Source of the DNA: an uncultured Bacteroidota bacterium
Lineage (GTDB): Bacteria > Bacteroidota > Bacteroidia > Bacteroidales > UBA12481
Assembly (NCBI GenBank): GCA_903851365.1
Contig: CAINOB010000020.1
Coordinates: 30,227-94,226, forward strand
Length of the DNA: 64,000 bases
Reading direction: 5' to 3'
Shown here: piece by piece, positions 38,701 to 48,388 of the stretch
How the letters are laid out: each line of letters starts with the position of its first letter
Numbering within the stretch: the first letter of the stretch is position 1
Made by a program: the position numbers and the translations under genes
Notes under the pieces: generated by a model
Seen by the model: the letters and a program-made list of their open reading frames with translations, nothing else
What the model was told of the DNA's origin: nothing
Database searches by the model: none

Positions 38701-39107
38701 TGATAGAATGTTAAGATCCCACCCTCAGATCCTTTCACCGACCAGGTTTTATCTTCATTATTGGTAAAATTAAATTCTTCCCCACCATTCGCCTTCAATT
38801 TAAAAGCAAGCTCAGGGGAGTCTGTTGACATGGCTACCATAAAAACAAAGGCCAGCTGTCCGGATTTGACTGTTTGGTTAACCGGCGCTGTTTTCCAGTT
38901 CATTACCGGATTCTCAAAAGAATTCCGGAGAATATAGGCATCCTCATTCTCTGGAAGCGGCGACCGGTAGTTAAAATCGACACCGCTGATCCCCTGGACG
39001 AAGCCTGGAAGATATACTGTTAGCCCGTTCTGCTGAGCCAGAATAATCTGGTGGTTCAGCAACATCAGAATAAGGCATTGAATAATGATGGCGGTTATTT
39101 TTTTCAT
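35724..39107 (-). CDS. Secreted glycoside hydrolase family 38-like alpha-mannosidase with ~270-aa N-terminal extra domain
   Basis: Signal peptide MKKITAIIIQCLILMLLNHQIILAQ and the GH38 N-terminal metal/catalytic motif IYLIQHAHTDIGYT. 1127 aa. Confidence 0.75.
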   Translation of the reverse strand: MKKITAIIIQCLILMLLNHQIILAQQNGLTVYLPGFVQGISGVDFNYRSPLPENEDAYILRNSFENPVMNWKTAPVNQTVKSGQLAFVFMVAMSTDSPELAFKLKANGGEEFNFTNNEDKTWSVKGSEGGILTFYQSKNIHGVEINGFMILTIPASKVKQKQPVDIKVTLLPTTKSAWIIVFKKSLQSGNSLSNTSILARDKGVQYQQVRISQIQFREPCRVTFLYGGKEILTGQTKIGYNQFFVPVPLVKASKKLEITLKYETGLMEKVTGTQLPTKKWEIYLIQHAHTDIGYTRPQSEILAEHLRYIDYALDYCDQTDNLPDDAKFRWTCESTWVVREYLRTRPKSQIERFKKRIGEGRIEVTGMYFNMAEIADENIMFDYFQPLKEIKDQGITVKTTMQNDVNGVAWCIPDYLRNTSVKYLTMGINETRSILPFMIPTCFWWETPSGSRLLAYRSDHYMTGNNFGLPDANNFDPNKIFQYLRNLEDKGYPFDRVAAQFSGYLTDNSPPSTGACEIVKAWNEKYESPKLRLATASEFLEYVEKNYSETLPVYRNAWLDWWTDGFGSTSRETAKVRKTQNLKQVDEGLFAMVSMLGGDLSADLKGKIEHISENALFFDEHTVGADESIDRPYSENTTEQWLQKGAYAWEALKKVTLLNEDALGRIQTYLKKAPYPVIYVMNSLGWKRSGIVELFVDNQIIPSRKQFKIIDLATNREIQVQLVRSRSEGSYWALKVEDIPALGWKAFKVEAGNQNSPPNKKGPSIKTMENQYYSISFDIATGAVSSLFDKELKKELIDKDNPWKIGQIVHETLSDRNNMKETSHTTVRNVVMEDGVKGDLWQSVKFSADIDGFEKGSTSSPKGLEWEVRLYDQTKLIEFHYLGRKEILTNPEGLYVTFPFSLPGSRIVFETIGGSMTQGKQLPGSSSDWNVAQNYVSVKSADGQIVMVSDEIPLWQFGGFNLGKFDRYQAPCKPWLYSWVMNNYWFTNFRAYQEGAFHWTYQMTTTKDTTETAAAQFARGVRNPFPTRTFPAGKNELTEPLFQTLKMEGARNIMLVNSRPDFNKAGSVLLHLRELDGVAGSVTLSSAIAGRTIKRMVEVNIIGDEIGQPLNLISLKPFEVKFIRIDY

Positions 39108-39186
39108 AACAATTTTGATAGTTGAGGTAAGGAAAAATACAACTATTTTTCAGTAGAAAATATCATCGTTTAAAAGTCTTAAAAAA

Positions 39187-39948
39187 ATGAAAAGATCGAG
39201 TTTAGCTTTTACGCTTTGTTTAATGGCTTTAATTGCTATTCAGGGTATAGCTCAATCAACAAAGGACGCAATGGCCCTTTTTCATGAGATTGACCATACT
39301 GCTGCGCCCAATACTTTGGTTAATAAAGAAAAGGACAAAGGTTGGAGGATTCTTTTTGATGGAAAAACGACCAATGGGTGGCATGGCTATAATCTGAAAA
39401 TTTTTCCGGGCTGCTGGATAATTGAAGATGGAGCGTTTACAATGACGAGCAAAGGAGGTACTGAAGATCAGGATATCATAACAAACCGAAAGTATCGCAA
39501 TTTTGCTTTAAGCATTGATTACAAGCTCACCAAGGGCGCTAATAGTGGTATTATTTACCAGATTGCAGAAGATCCGAAATATAAATTTCCATACGAGACC
39601 GGTCCTGAGTTTCAGGTTATTGATCATGAGAACTGGCCCGACAAGCTGGAAGACTGGCAGATTAACGGAGCAAATTATGCCATGTACCCTCCAATTGCCC
39701 ATCCATACAAACCTGTTGGTGAATGGAATCACCTCTTACTCGTTGTTCAGGGCAATGATGTAACACAGGTTCTTAATGGAGTAATCGTTGTTCATTACAT
39801 AAAAAATTCGGAAGAATGGCTAAAACTGCGCAACAGCGGCAAATGGTCAAACTTCCCAGACTGGGGAAAATTCGATGATGGATACATCTCACTTCAAAAT
39901 CACGGAACCAAAGTGTGGTATCGCAACATCAAGATAAAAGAACTTTAA
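39187..39948 (+). CDS. DUF1080 (3-keto-disaccharide hydrolase family) protein, secreted
   Basis: Signal peptide, GWRILFDGKTTNGWHGY and the C-terminal LQNHGTKVWYRNIKIKEL. Confidence 0.8.
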   Translation: MKRSSLAFTLCLMALIAIQGIAQSTKDAMALFHEIDHTAAPNTLVNKEKDKGWRILFDGKTTNGWHGYNLKIFPGCWIIEDGAFTMTSKGGTEDQDIITNRKYRNFALSIDYKLTKGANSGIIYQIAEDPKYKFPYETGPEFQVIDHENWPDKLEDWQINGANYAMYPPIAHPYKPVGEWNHLLLVVQGNDVTQVLNGVIVVHYIKNSEEWLKLRNSGKWSNFPDWGKFDDGYISLQNHGTKVWYRNIKIKEL

Positions 39949-39968
39949 AAACCGATAACAAAGCTACC

Positions 39969-41462
39969 ATGGCATCCTCAAATCTTTCACGTCGAAGTTT
40001 TTTAAAGACCACCTCCATTGCTGCAGCAGGAATTTCTGTTATACCGAGTAATACGGTCAGCGGATTGGGTCATAAGGCACCGAGTGATAAACTAAATATC
40101 GCAGGAATCGGGATCGGCGGGAAGGGCCATCCAAATCTTGTGGGTATGTCGACCGAGAACATTGTCGGATTATGCGATGTTGACTGGAAATATGCCGACC
40201 GTTGTTTCAGTGAATTCCCAAAAGCGAAGAGGTACTGGGATTGGCGTAAAATGTTTGATGAGCTTGGGAGCTCCATCGACGGGGTTATGGTAGCTACTGC
40301 CGACCATAATCATGCCGGAATAGCCGCAGCAGCCTTATCGATGGGAAAACATGTATACTGCCAGAAGCCCCTAACGCATTCAATTTATGAATCGCGACTT
40401 CTTACCCGCCTTGCAGCAAGCCATAAGGTTGCCACTCAAATGGGTAACCAGGGGAATTCGGGACATGGTGTCAGGCAGATATGTGAATGGATCTGGAATG
40501 GGGAAATCGGAGAAATCAGGGAGGTGCATGCCTGGACCGACCGCCCAATATGGCCTCAGGGATTGCAGCGTCCAACGCAGGTAATGCCTGTGCCAAAAAC
40601 TTTAGACTGGGATCTCTTTATTGGTCCGTCTAAAATGCGGCCATACCATGAGGCTTATACACCATGGAACTGGAGAGGCTGGTGGGATTTTGGAACAGGG
40701 GCTTTTGGTGATATGGCCTGTCATGTTCTTGATCCTGTGTTTCAATCATTAAAATTAGGATATCCGGAACAGGTTCAAGGTAGTTCGACTTTGATCAATA
40801 CCGAGTCGGCCCCGCAGGCTGAATCAGTAAAATTCTCTTTTCCTGCCCGCTTAAACCTGCCAAAAGTAGGCTTGCCGACGGTTGATTTGCATTGGTACGA
40901 TGGCGGGTTGCTTCCTTCTGTTTTTGAAATGCTTCCTGAGGGGGAAAACTTAATGGCGGATGGATTAGGAGGCTGCCTTTTCATAGGTTCGAAGGATACC
41001 CTGATTTGCGGATGCGGTGGATTCAACGGACGATTGCTATCGGGCCGTGTACCGCAGGTTACGCCATATTTAACACGTATTCCCGGTGCGGTTGGCTATG
41101 TTGATGGTCCTCATGAGCAGGACTGGATTCGGGCCTGTAAAGAATCACCTGAAAGCCGACGTGAGGCAACATCGAACTTTGCTTATTCAGGGCCTTTCAA
41201 TGAAGCAGTCCTTTTGGGGGTTCTGGCGATCAGGTTACAGGGCCTGAATAAATCGTTGAAATGGGATGGGGAAAATATGAAGTTTACCAATATTTCGCAG
41301 CAGGAGGAATTAAAGCTGGTTACACAAGAGGAATTTAAAGTTATCGATGGCCATCCGAACTTCAATAACAAGCTTGCAAAGTTTAATGCACTGGAATGTG
41401 CAACAGAATATATCAGGCATACCTATCGGGAAGGCTGGACCTTACCCGCAATGCCAAAATGA
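39969..41462 (+). CDS. Tat-exported Gfo/Idh/MocA family oxidoreductase
   Basis: Start at MASSNLSRRSFLKTTSIAAAG (twin-arginine signal), Rossmann motif LNIAGIGIGGKG and VYCQKPLTHS (EKP-equivalent). Confidence 0.8.
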   Translation: MASSNLSRRSFLKTTSIAAAGISVIPSNTVSGLGHKAPSDKLNIAGIGIGGKGHPNLVGMSTENIVGLCDVDWKYADRCFSEFPKAKRYWDWRKMFDELGSSIDGVMVATADHNHAGIAAAALSMGKHVYCQKPLTHSIYESRLLTRLAASHKVATQMGNQGNSGHGVRQICEWIWNGEIGEIREVHAWTDRPIWPQGLQRPTQVMPVPKTLDWDLFIGPSKMRPYHEAYTPWNWRGWWDFGTGAFGDMACHVLDPVFQSLKLGYPEQVQGSSTLINTESAPQAESVKFSFPARLNLPKVGLPTVDLHWYDGGLLPSVFEMLPEGENLMADGLGGCLFIGSKDTLICGCGGFNGRLLSGRVPQVTPYLTRIPGAVGYVDGPHEQDWIRACKESPESRREATSNFAYSGPFNEAVLLGVLAIRLQGLNKSLKWDGENMKFTNISQQEELKLVTQEEFKVIDGHPNFNNKLAKFNALECATEYIRHTYREGWTLPAMPK

Positions 41463-41498
41463 ATTTTAGCTGAACAAATAATTTATAATAAACACTTT

Positions 41499-42188
41499 AT
41501 GAAGCTTACCGCATTATTGTTACCGCTTATGCTCGCAGCATCATCGGGTTTTGCCCAGGTTACCCTGCCATTGACCGGTCATCCGGACAGTAAACACTGG
41601 AAGAATCTATTCAAGGAAGATTTGTCGGATGCCGAATTTGTTCCGGGGATCTGGACTTGCGAAAAAGGTGTTTTTACAGCAAGTGAGGACCAGATTATTT
41701 TTTCGAAGGTTGAGTATGAGAATTTTGTCCTGGACCTGGAGTTTAATGTGGAACCAGGTGCCAACAGTGGCGTTGTTGTTTATTGTACCGATAAAAAAGA
41801 TTGGATCCCCCATTCAGTAGAGATTCAAATCCTGGATGACGGCAATGAAAAATGGGCCAGTGTTCCGGGGACCTGGCAATGTGCTTCTATTTTTGGTCAT
41901 CTGGCACCGTCAGCTAAGGTTACCAAAAAGCCAGGTGAATGGAGCAGAATGACCATTGCATGCAAAGGAAAGATGGTTTATGTAGTATTGAACGGAAAAC
42001 CGGTTACTACCATGGATATGTCAAAATGGACCAGCGCAAAGAAAAATCCTGATGGCAGTGACATTCCCGAATGGCTGAGTACACCATTTTCCGAATTAGC
42101 CACCAAGGGTTTAGTTGGCTTGCAAGGAAAGCACGCAGGAGCAAGGACCTTCTTCCGTAATATGAAGATCATCCAGCTGAAGTCCTGA
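41499..42188 (+). CDS. DUF1080 (3-keto-disaccharide hydrolase family) protein, secreted
   Basis: Signal peptide MKLTALLLPLMLAASSGFAQ. LQGKHAGARTFFRNMKIIQL is the C-terminal family signature. Confidence 0.8.
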   Translation: MKLTALLLPLMLAASSGFAQVTLPLTGHPDSKHWKNLFKEDLSDAEFVPGIWTCEKGVFTASEDQIIFSKVEYENFVLDLEFNVEPGANSGVVVYCTDKKDWIPHSVEIQILDDGNEKWASVPGTWQCASIFGHLAPSAKVTKKPGEWSRMTIACKGKMVYVVLNGKPVTTMDMSKWTSAKKNPDGSDIPEWLSTPFSELATKGLVGLQGKHAGARTFFRNMKIIQLKS

Positions 42189-42189
42189 A

Positions 42190-44070
42190 TTAATTGGAAA
42201 GAGGACGCTTAGCCAGTTCCTTGAGATCAATTGAAATCACTTTACTGACCTTTTTGTTATTTCTCAATGAGATAGCTCTGATTCGGGAGGCCCCGTTTGG
42301 AATATCGATTGGTTTGCTGTAAAAAGGATAGGTCCTGTCAGGGAAACTTTCATCAAAAGAATAGAACACCTGCAATCCATTTATCTCGGTTTTGATTGAT
42401 ATTTTCTTTTTACCATTATCCTCGATCATCGAGATAATCGGATCAAATGCGCTTCGCGAATAATTGATCCCAAGTTTATCCAGCCGATCGAACTGATACT
42501 CCATGCGGGAAGTAAAGCCATCCCAGTTTTTCAGGGAGGCAGGTGACCAGAGGACTTCAGCAAGGGCCATTCCCCGTGGCCAGGTCATATATTGTGCATG
42601 GCTAAGCGTTGCAACCGATTCCGTCCATAGATTTCCCTGTCCGCCCAGGATCAGGGCTGGATTAATATTTGCAGGAACAGGTTCAAATTTATAGACATCC
42701 GATAATCTTAGCATTGAATAGGTAGCAGGTTCATTTGCAGGGTCCCCCTGATATAAATCGAGATAACAATTGCTTGTCGGAGTCATAATAACATGATGTC
42801 CCATTTTTGCAGCCTCAATGCCACCATCCATACCCCGCCAACTCATAACAGTAGCTTCAGGAGCCAATCCACCTTCCAATATTTCATCCCAACCAATCAT
42901 TTTCTTTCCCTTGGACTTAAGCATCTTCTCAATACGCTTAGTAAACCAGCTCTGCAGCTCGTTCATACCAGTGATATTTTCGCGTTTCATGAGGGCCTGG
43001 CACTCCGGACTGGTTTTCCAGAAACTTTTATTACACTCATCGCCGCCGATATGAATGTACTCACAAGGAAACAGATCGGCCATTTCGGTAAATACTTTAT
43101 CAAGGACCTCAAATACCACTTCTTTTCCGGGGCAAAGTGAATTATCGCTACTGCCATAAAACTTACTACCCGGATTAACAGGATAAGGTTTCCCTGTCGA
43201 TGAAAGTTCAGGGTAGGAGGCAATCAGAGCCAGACTATGTCCGGGTATATCTATTTCAGGGAGGATTGTAATATGCCGGTCGGCCGCATACTTAACAACC
43301 TCACGGATCTGGTCCTGGGTATAAAACCCTCCTTCTGTAGCCTGTTCATTTTCCTTTGGAGGATCAAAGGTCCACCATAGTCCGGTCCGCGGAACTCGCC
43401 AGGCGCCGGTTTTGGTAAGATTGGGCAGGCTTTTAATTTCGACTCTCCACCCCTGGTCATCAGACAGATGCCAATGAAAAACATTAAACTTATATAGTGC
43501 CATCTGATCGATATAGCGCTTCACATCATTAAAGTTAAAAAAATGCCGGCTCACGTCGAGCATCAGGCCTCTCCAGGGAAATCTCGGGTAATCGGTAATT
43601 GTAACAGCCGGGATGTTAATTACAGGATCAATACCTATCACCAGGTTATCGGGTAAAGGGCTAAGCTGCAAAAGTGTTTGCAAGCCATAAAACAAACCTG
43701 CCTGTTCATTAGCAATAATCCTGATTTTTTGAGGATTCACCACCAGTTGATATCCTTCATTACCGAGCGATTCATCCCTTACATCAGAGATTAAAAAATA
43801 AACTGCCGGAGTTGAGGATCTAGGGCGGGAGGATATCTTAGGACCGAATCCAAAGGTTTTTACTATGGCTTCATGCATAACACCAGATAAGTTCGATGTC
43901 CCCTTAGTAGTATCAGGAATTACGAATTCAGTATTATGATCGATAGTGAAAAAGCCATCGCTCCATGTTACTGATGCCGGTTGCGGGATAATACCAGGTT
44001 TTTTTGTCTGAGAAAATCCGGAATTGAAAATCAGAGTCAGCAGAGCAAATGAGCAAAGTACTTTTAACAT
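42190..44070 (-). CDS. Glycoside hydrolase family 20 beta-N-acetylhexosaminidase, secreted
   Basis: FHWHLSDDQGWRVEIKS and the catalytic HIGGDEC motif, plus a signal peptide. Confidence 0.9.
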   Translation of the reverse strand: MLKVLCSFALLTLIFNSGFSQTKKPGIIPQPASVTWSDGFFTIDHNTEFVIPDTTKGTSNLSGVMHEAIVKTFGFGPKISSRPRSSTPAVYFLISDVRDESLGNEGYQLVVNPQKIRIIANEQAGLFYGLQTLLQLSPLPDNLVIGIDPVINIPAVTITDYPRFPWRGLMLDVSRHFFNFNDVKRYIDQMALYKFNVFHWHLSDDQGWRVEIKSLPNLTKTGAWRVPRTGLWWTFDPPKENEQATEGGFYTQDQIREVVKYAADRHITILPEIDIPGHSLALIASYPELSSTGKPYPVNPGSKFYGSSDNSLCPGKEVVFEVLDKVFTEMADLFPCEYIHIGGDECNKSFWKTSPECQALMKRENITGMNELQSWFTKRIEKMLKSKGKKMIGWDEILEGGLAPEATVMSWRGMDGGIEAAKMGHHVIMTPTSNCYLDLYQGDPANEPATYSMLRLSDVYKFEPVPANINPALILGGQGNLWTESVATLSHAQYMTWPRGMALAEVLWSPASLKNWDGFTSRMEYQFDRLDKLGINYSRSAFDPIISMIEDNGKKKISIKTEINGLQVFYSFDESFPDRTYPFYSKPIDIPNGASRIRAISLRNNKKVSKVISIDLKELAKRPLSN

Positions 44071-44079
44071 ATTGGTTGA

Positions 44080-45219
44080 TTATTTCTTTACATAAGTAGT
44101 GGTTAATCCTTTGTACGCCCTGGCCAGGGCAGCAATATTACGTGAGTCGCCAACAAAACTATCGAGAGGTTTTGACAGAAAAACATCCACAGGCGGTAAC
44201 AGTGAATTTGCTCCGGCTTTGGTAAAACCATATAGACCAATATTTGCCTTAATGGCTGCAGGAACAATTTTAGCCGCATCCTGGCGGTTCCAGTTTGCAA
44301 GGCAGGTAAGAAGGCGGGTATTTGGGCCAACCATATTTCGGATGGCTTCAACGCTTTCAAGATCTCCCCCTTCGTTCATAAGGAGATCTGCCTGTTTAAA
44401 CATTTCTGATCCAACAACATCACCGCCGGTAACCTGGCAGCATGTTAACCATATCTGGCAATTTGGATCCGCCTTTTTTGCAGTGTCATGAATCCTTTTC
44501 CAGCACCTTTCGATGGCTTTGCGTCTGAATTGATGCTCGATATCCGGAGTAATTTTTTCGATACCGGGGAATGGTTCATTCATTAATTCAGCATACATTA
44601 CTTTTTCGCAGTCCATCCATTTTAAAGGTGGATAGGGTTCCATCGTTGCACCGGGATTCCATATCCAGTCGATCATAAACCCATCCATATGAGTTTTTTT
44701 TATGGCATCGTCGATAGATGCACATAAATAATCGAGGTACTGGGTAGTAAATGGGATATGTGGATTTGAAATTATACCGTAGCTCAGATCAGGGTGATCC
44801 AATCCCCATTTTGTATTGGCACCGGCACAGAAATAACCAAAAACCTTCATGTTTTTCTTATGTCCAAGCCTTACCATTTCCGTAAGAAAATCGTATTTCA
44901 AACCAGGCTGCTCCGGAATGATACCGTTTTTATACCAGGCGTAACCATTACAGGAAACCGCAAATGTCTGTATTACATTACAGCCCAGATCGGAATACCA
45001 CTTTATATGATCAACCGGATTTGCATCAGCCCAGAGGCCGGGCCTGGCAAATCCATTAGGCCCACCTTCACCCCAGTTAAAGTCAATATCAAAAGCTTTT
45101 ATCAGATCAGACGAGGAGCTGTTTTTCGTCTTACATGCAGGCAGTAAAAGCACTGACAATAGGATTACCAGGTAGTAGATGCCCCCAGATTTCAGTCGGG
45201 GGTTCGTCCTTTTTTTCAT
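44080..45219 (-). CDS. Lipoprotein, possible glycoside-hydrolase-like TIM barrel (unknown family)
   Basis: Start at MKKRTNPRLKSGGIYYLVILLSVLLLPAC (lipobox). The alternating pattern and its position in the glycosidase island suggest the call, but I recognise no diagnostic motif. Confidence 0.4.
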   Translation of the reverse strand: MKKRTNPRLKSGGIYYLVILLSVLLLPACKTKNSSSSDLIKAFDIDFNWGEGGPNGFARPGLWADANPVDHIKWYSDLGCNVIQTFAVSCNGYAWYKNGIIPEQPGLKYDFLTEMVRLGHKKNMKVFGYFCAGANTKWGLDHPDLSYGIISNPHIPFTTQYLDYLCASIDDAIKKTHMDGFMIDWIWNPGATMEPYPPLKWMDCEKVMYAELMNEPFPGIEKITPDIEHQFRRKAIERCWKRIHDTAKKADPNCQIWLTCCQVTGGDVVGSEMFKQADLLMNEGGDLESVEAIRNMVGPNTRLLTCLANWNRQDAAKIVPAAIKANIGLYGFTKAGANSLLPPVDVFLSKPLDSFVGDSRNIAALARAYKGLTTTYVKK

Positions 45220-45224
45220 GGTGA

Positions 45225-45893
45225 TTATCTCCTTGCGTTGACTTTGCCGAGGCCCGAAACATTCTGCCGCACCACAGGATTTCCATAATAGTCGATTGCT
45301 CCGATACCCTCCACGGTGGCATCGAGCTGCGCTGTCGTCCAAACGGTAGCTTTACCAACACCACGAAGAACAACCTTGGCTTCACGCGATTCCAGCTGCG
45401 GACCGTCGAAACTTCCGGCGCCCTTCATTGAAACATTCAGCCGGTCGGTTTTTCCCGACAATGCAATTCGTCCAGCACCTGGAAGGTCAACATCAACAAG
45501 ACCTACCTCAAGTCCTGAAAGAACTATTTCCCCGGCACCTTTGAGTGTAAGATATAATGATTCCGTTTTTAATCCGGCCATTTTTACGCTGGCTGCTCCC
45601 TGAACGAAAATACCATCCAGATTTTTGACCATGAGGTGATATTTCAGAACACGCCCCTCAACTGCACTGGTTACGGCACTCCAGGTTTTATCGAACCAAC
45701 CGGCATCGATATCAAGAACAAGTTCACCTTCTCTGATGAAAGTTTTTACAGTTGATATAATGTCGGGTTCGCCTTCGATCCTAAGACTTTCCTGATCGCC
45801 TTGACTAATAAACAAATGGCCATAATCTTTAAGGAGGATACGACGAACGTCTTTGATTTCCCTGGTCTCAGTTGAAAAATTGATTGTATTCAT
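45225..45893 (-). CDS. DUF2807 (head-GIN / putative adhesin-like beta-helix) protein
   Basis: Repeated GAG/GSG-containing strands (LKGAGEIVLSG, LPGAGRIALSG, MKGAGSFDG, LRGVGKATV) typical of DUF2807. No obvious signal peptide from Met14. Confidence 0.65.
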   Translation of the reverse strand: MNTINFSTETREIKDVRRILLKDYGHLFISQGDQESLRIEGEPDIISTVKTFIREGELVLDIDAGWFDKTWSAVTSAVEGRVLKYHLMVKNLDGIFVQGAASVKMAGLKTESLYLTLKGAGEIVLSGLEVGLVDVDLPGAGRIALSGKTDRLNVSMKGAGSFDGPQLESREAKVVLRGVGKATVWTTAQLDATVEGIGAIDYYGNPVVRQNVSGLGKVNARR

Positions 45894-45964
45894 TGCAAAT
45901 TCATTTTGCCATAAAGTTAAGAAGCAGATCAAGATTATTTAACTTTCGTAAAACTTTAATCAAA

Positions 45965-46414
45965 ATGACAACAAAACTTCAAATCGAGCAATTCCTTGCC
46001 AATGAACCCATTGCCATGGCAGGAGTATCCAGGAACCCAAAAAAATTTGGACGAATTGCATACGAGGAACTTTTACAAAAAGGACTCCGGTTGATTCCAA
46101 TAAATCCAAATATTGATTCTATCAATGGCACAGCCTGTTACCCTGGCGTTAACGACCTTCCGGCTGAGGTGAATTCAATAATTATCATGACAAAAAAAGA
46201 TCAGACCGAAAAAATTGTTAAAGAAGTTTTAGCCAAAGGGATAAAAAACATCTGGATTCAGCAATCTTCAGATACACCTGAAGCACTGGCACTATTGAAG
46301 GGTAAAGACGTCAATCTGATATCGAAGCAATGTATTCTGATGCACCACAAGCCCCACAGCATGCACAAGTTTCACAGGTCAATCAAAGCTTTTTTTGGCG
46401 GGTTACCAAAGTAA
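45965..46414 (+). CDS. CoA-binding domain protein (YccU-like)
   Basis: From the internal ATG the product reads MTTKLQIEQFLANEPIAMAGVSRNPKKFGRIAYEELLQKGLRLIPINPN, the typical CoA_binding_2 N-terminus. Confidence 0.7.
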   Translation: MTTKLQIEQFLANEPIAMAGVSRNPKKFGRIAYEELLQKGLRLIPINPNIDSINGTACYPGVNDLPAEVNSIIIMTKKDQTEKIVKEVLAKGIKNIWIQQSSDTPEALALLKGKDVNLISKQCILMHHKPHSMHKFHRSIKAFFGGLPK

Positions 46415-46417
46415 TTA

Positions 46418-47110
46418 TCAGGGGTTAAGGACAAATTGAAATCCGATTCCGTGTCGATTTTCAATCTTGATATTTGGATCGTGTGACAGGTATTTCCGAA
46501 GGCGCGATATGTATACATCGAGGCTTCTGCCTGCAAAGTAATCGTTGCCTCCCCAAACAGACTCCAATATTTGTTCGCGGCCAAGCAGGACATCCTGATT
46601 TTTTACAAAATAACTCAATAGTTCCCCCTCCCGAAAGGTCAGTTTAACCTCGCCTTTTCCACCGGTGAGTAATAATTTTGTAGGAAAAAAGGAATAGCAG
46701 CCCAGTTTTATTACGGTTTGCGGGGAAGCATCCTGACTGGTTTTTGAGCGACGAAGGAATATCCGGATTTTAAGAATAAGTTCTTCAATGCTGAAAGGCT
46801 TAACCAGGTAATCATCCCCACCCAAGATAAGTCCTTCCAGTTTATCTTCCTTTAAAGATTTTGCAGTAACAAATATGATTGGCACGTCCTGATTTGCTTC
46901 TCTGATCTTGCGCGCCAGCGTAAAGCCGTCCATCCGCGGAAGGTTTACGTCGAGAACACAAATATCCGGAGTTTTCTTTTGAAACAATTCCCAGGCTTCG
47001 ATTCCATCAATTGCAGTAATCACGGTAAACATTTCACGTTCGAGGTTATCGGTTGTGATGAACTTTAATGTTTCATCATCCTCAACATAAAGAATCAGAG
47101 GTTTTTCCAT
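46418..47110 (-). CDS. OmpR-family response regulator
   Basis: Receiver motif VLDVNLPRMDG and the winged-helix segment LDVYISRLRKYL. Confidence 0.85.
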   Translation of the reverse strand: MEKPLILYVEDDETLKFITTDNLEREMFTVITAIDGIEAWELFQKKTPDICVLDVNLPRMDGFTLARKIREANQDVPIIFVTAKSLKEDKLEGLILGGDDYLVKPFSIEELILKIRIFLRRSKTSQDASPQTVIKLGCYSFFPTKLLLTGGKGEVKLTFREGELLSYFVKNQDVLLGREQILESVWGGNDYFAGRSLDVYISRLRKYLSHDPNIKIENRHGIGFQFVLNP

Positions 47111-47113
47111 AGA

Positions 47114-48388
47114 TTATTCTGTTTTAACCGGGATAAATATCCGCATTGTTGTTCCCTGACCTTCCTTACTATCGATTGTGATTTTCCAGCCGTGAGCCCT
47201 GACAGCATTTCTGGTATAATAAAGTCCTAAACCAAAACCCTTTGTGTTATGGATATTTCCAGTAGGAACCCGGTAAAACTTCTCAAATATTCTTTTCTTC
47301 AATTTGGCCGGAATCCCGATTCCATTATCACGAACTTCAATAATAAGTGTTCCATTAGCTTCATTGACAATAACTTCAATATCTGGGACTTCATCGGAAT
47401 ATTTAATTGCATTATCTAAAAGATTCAGGATAATATTAGTCAGGTGAGTTGGGTCGGCATCGATCATTTCAACTTTTGACAGGTAATGCAATTTCAGGCT
47501 TCCATTTGAGCAACTCACCCTGGGCTCCATAAGTTCACAGATCTCGGTGATGATTCCGTTCAGGTTCAGCGGAACTTTTTTTATCAGAACTTTATCGCCC
47601 AGCGGGCCACCCATTTCGAGCACCATCTCAACCTGTTTAAGAAGGTGGTTGACCTGAGACCGGATAATATCGCCATATCGCTTAAGACGTTCCGGTTCAT
47701 GAAGAATATCCGGCCGTTGGATAACATCAGCCGACATTAAGAGTGATGCCAGGGGTGTTTTAAATTCATGGGTCATTGTATTTATGAAATCCCGCTGAAC
47801 TTCAGCATATCGTCGCTGGCGGAGAATAATCATCTGAGTATAAGCGAAAAACAAAATGACCAGCAGTAAGATAAAACTAAAGAAATACCAAATCCGCATT
47901 GAGTCCATGAGCAAGCGGTTTTGCCCGGCGAAATGAATTCCAAAATAATAGAGATAATCCGAAGATTTCGGGAGATTCTCCTTCATTGGAGTGATTTTCG
48001 GGTTTTCACCAAATCGTACTAGCCGACCATAAATCATTTTATCGGTCTGACAGTCATATATACCATACTCAAAATCAAGGGTAAGCCTACGAACTTTAAA
48101 TTCAGTAATCAGAAATTGTTCCAGAATTTCAGGTTCAATTTTGGTATTTACATTAACTAAATAATAGTCAGGGCTATGATGAAAAACAGGACTCTGCCTT
48201 GGAAGTTCCGCATCGTTATATTTTGCAAGGTCCTGGGCAACAGAGGTAAGAGCAATTGTAATAGTCTGATTAAGCTGAAGGCTCTCCTTATCCATAGCCT
48301 GTTTAACAAAATAGAATTGCACACTTATGATTCCGGCGATTGCCAGGAAGCCTAAAACAAGAACAATCCGTATTGCAGTGCGATTCAT
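47114..48388 (-). CDS. Sensor histidine kinase
   Basis: Two TM segments, H-box MTHEFKTPLASL, N-box LLDNAIKYS, G1 DNGIGI and G2 GFGLGL. The start is placed at MNRTAIRIV; 48424 is an alternative. Confidence 0.85.
   Translation of the reverse strand: MNRTAIRIVLVLGFLAIAGIISVQFYFVKQAMDKESLQLNQTITIALTSVAQDLAKYNDAELPRQSPVFHHSPDYYLVNVNTKIEPEILEQFLITEFKVRRLTLDFEYGIYDCQTDKMIYGRLVRFGENPKITPMKENLPKSSDYLYYFGIHFAGQNRLLMDSMRIWYFFSFILLLVILFFAYTQMIILRQRRYAEVQRDFINTMTHEFKTPLASLLMSADVIQRPDILHEPERLKRYGDIIRSQVNHLLKQVEMVLEMGGPLGDKVLIKKVPLNLNGIITEICELMEPRVSCSNGSLKLHYLSKVEMIDADPTHLTNIILNLLDNAIKYSDEVPDIEVIVNEANGTLIIEVRDNGIGIPAKLKKRIFEKFYRVPTGNIHNTKGFGLGLYYTRNAVRAHGWKITIDSKEGQGTTMRIFIPVKTE

Noticed and set aside
39915-39968. 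N-terminal extensions in the ORF track: 39915, 44080-45342 (TTG), 45932 (TTG), 45884 (TTG), 33535 (TTG), 12571 (TTG), 3729, 19464, 27025, 48469 and 49859.
   Set aside because: Internal ATGs immediately precede canonical signal peptides, Tat motifs, lipoboxes or conserved N-termini. The extensions overlap neighbouring genes or have no features.
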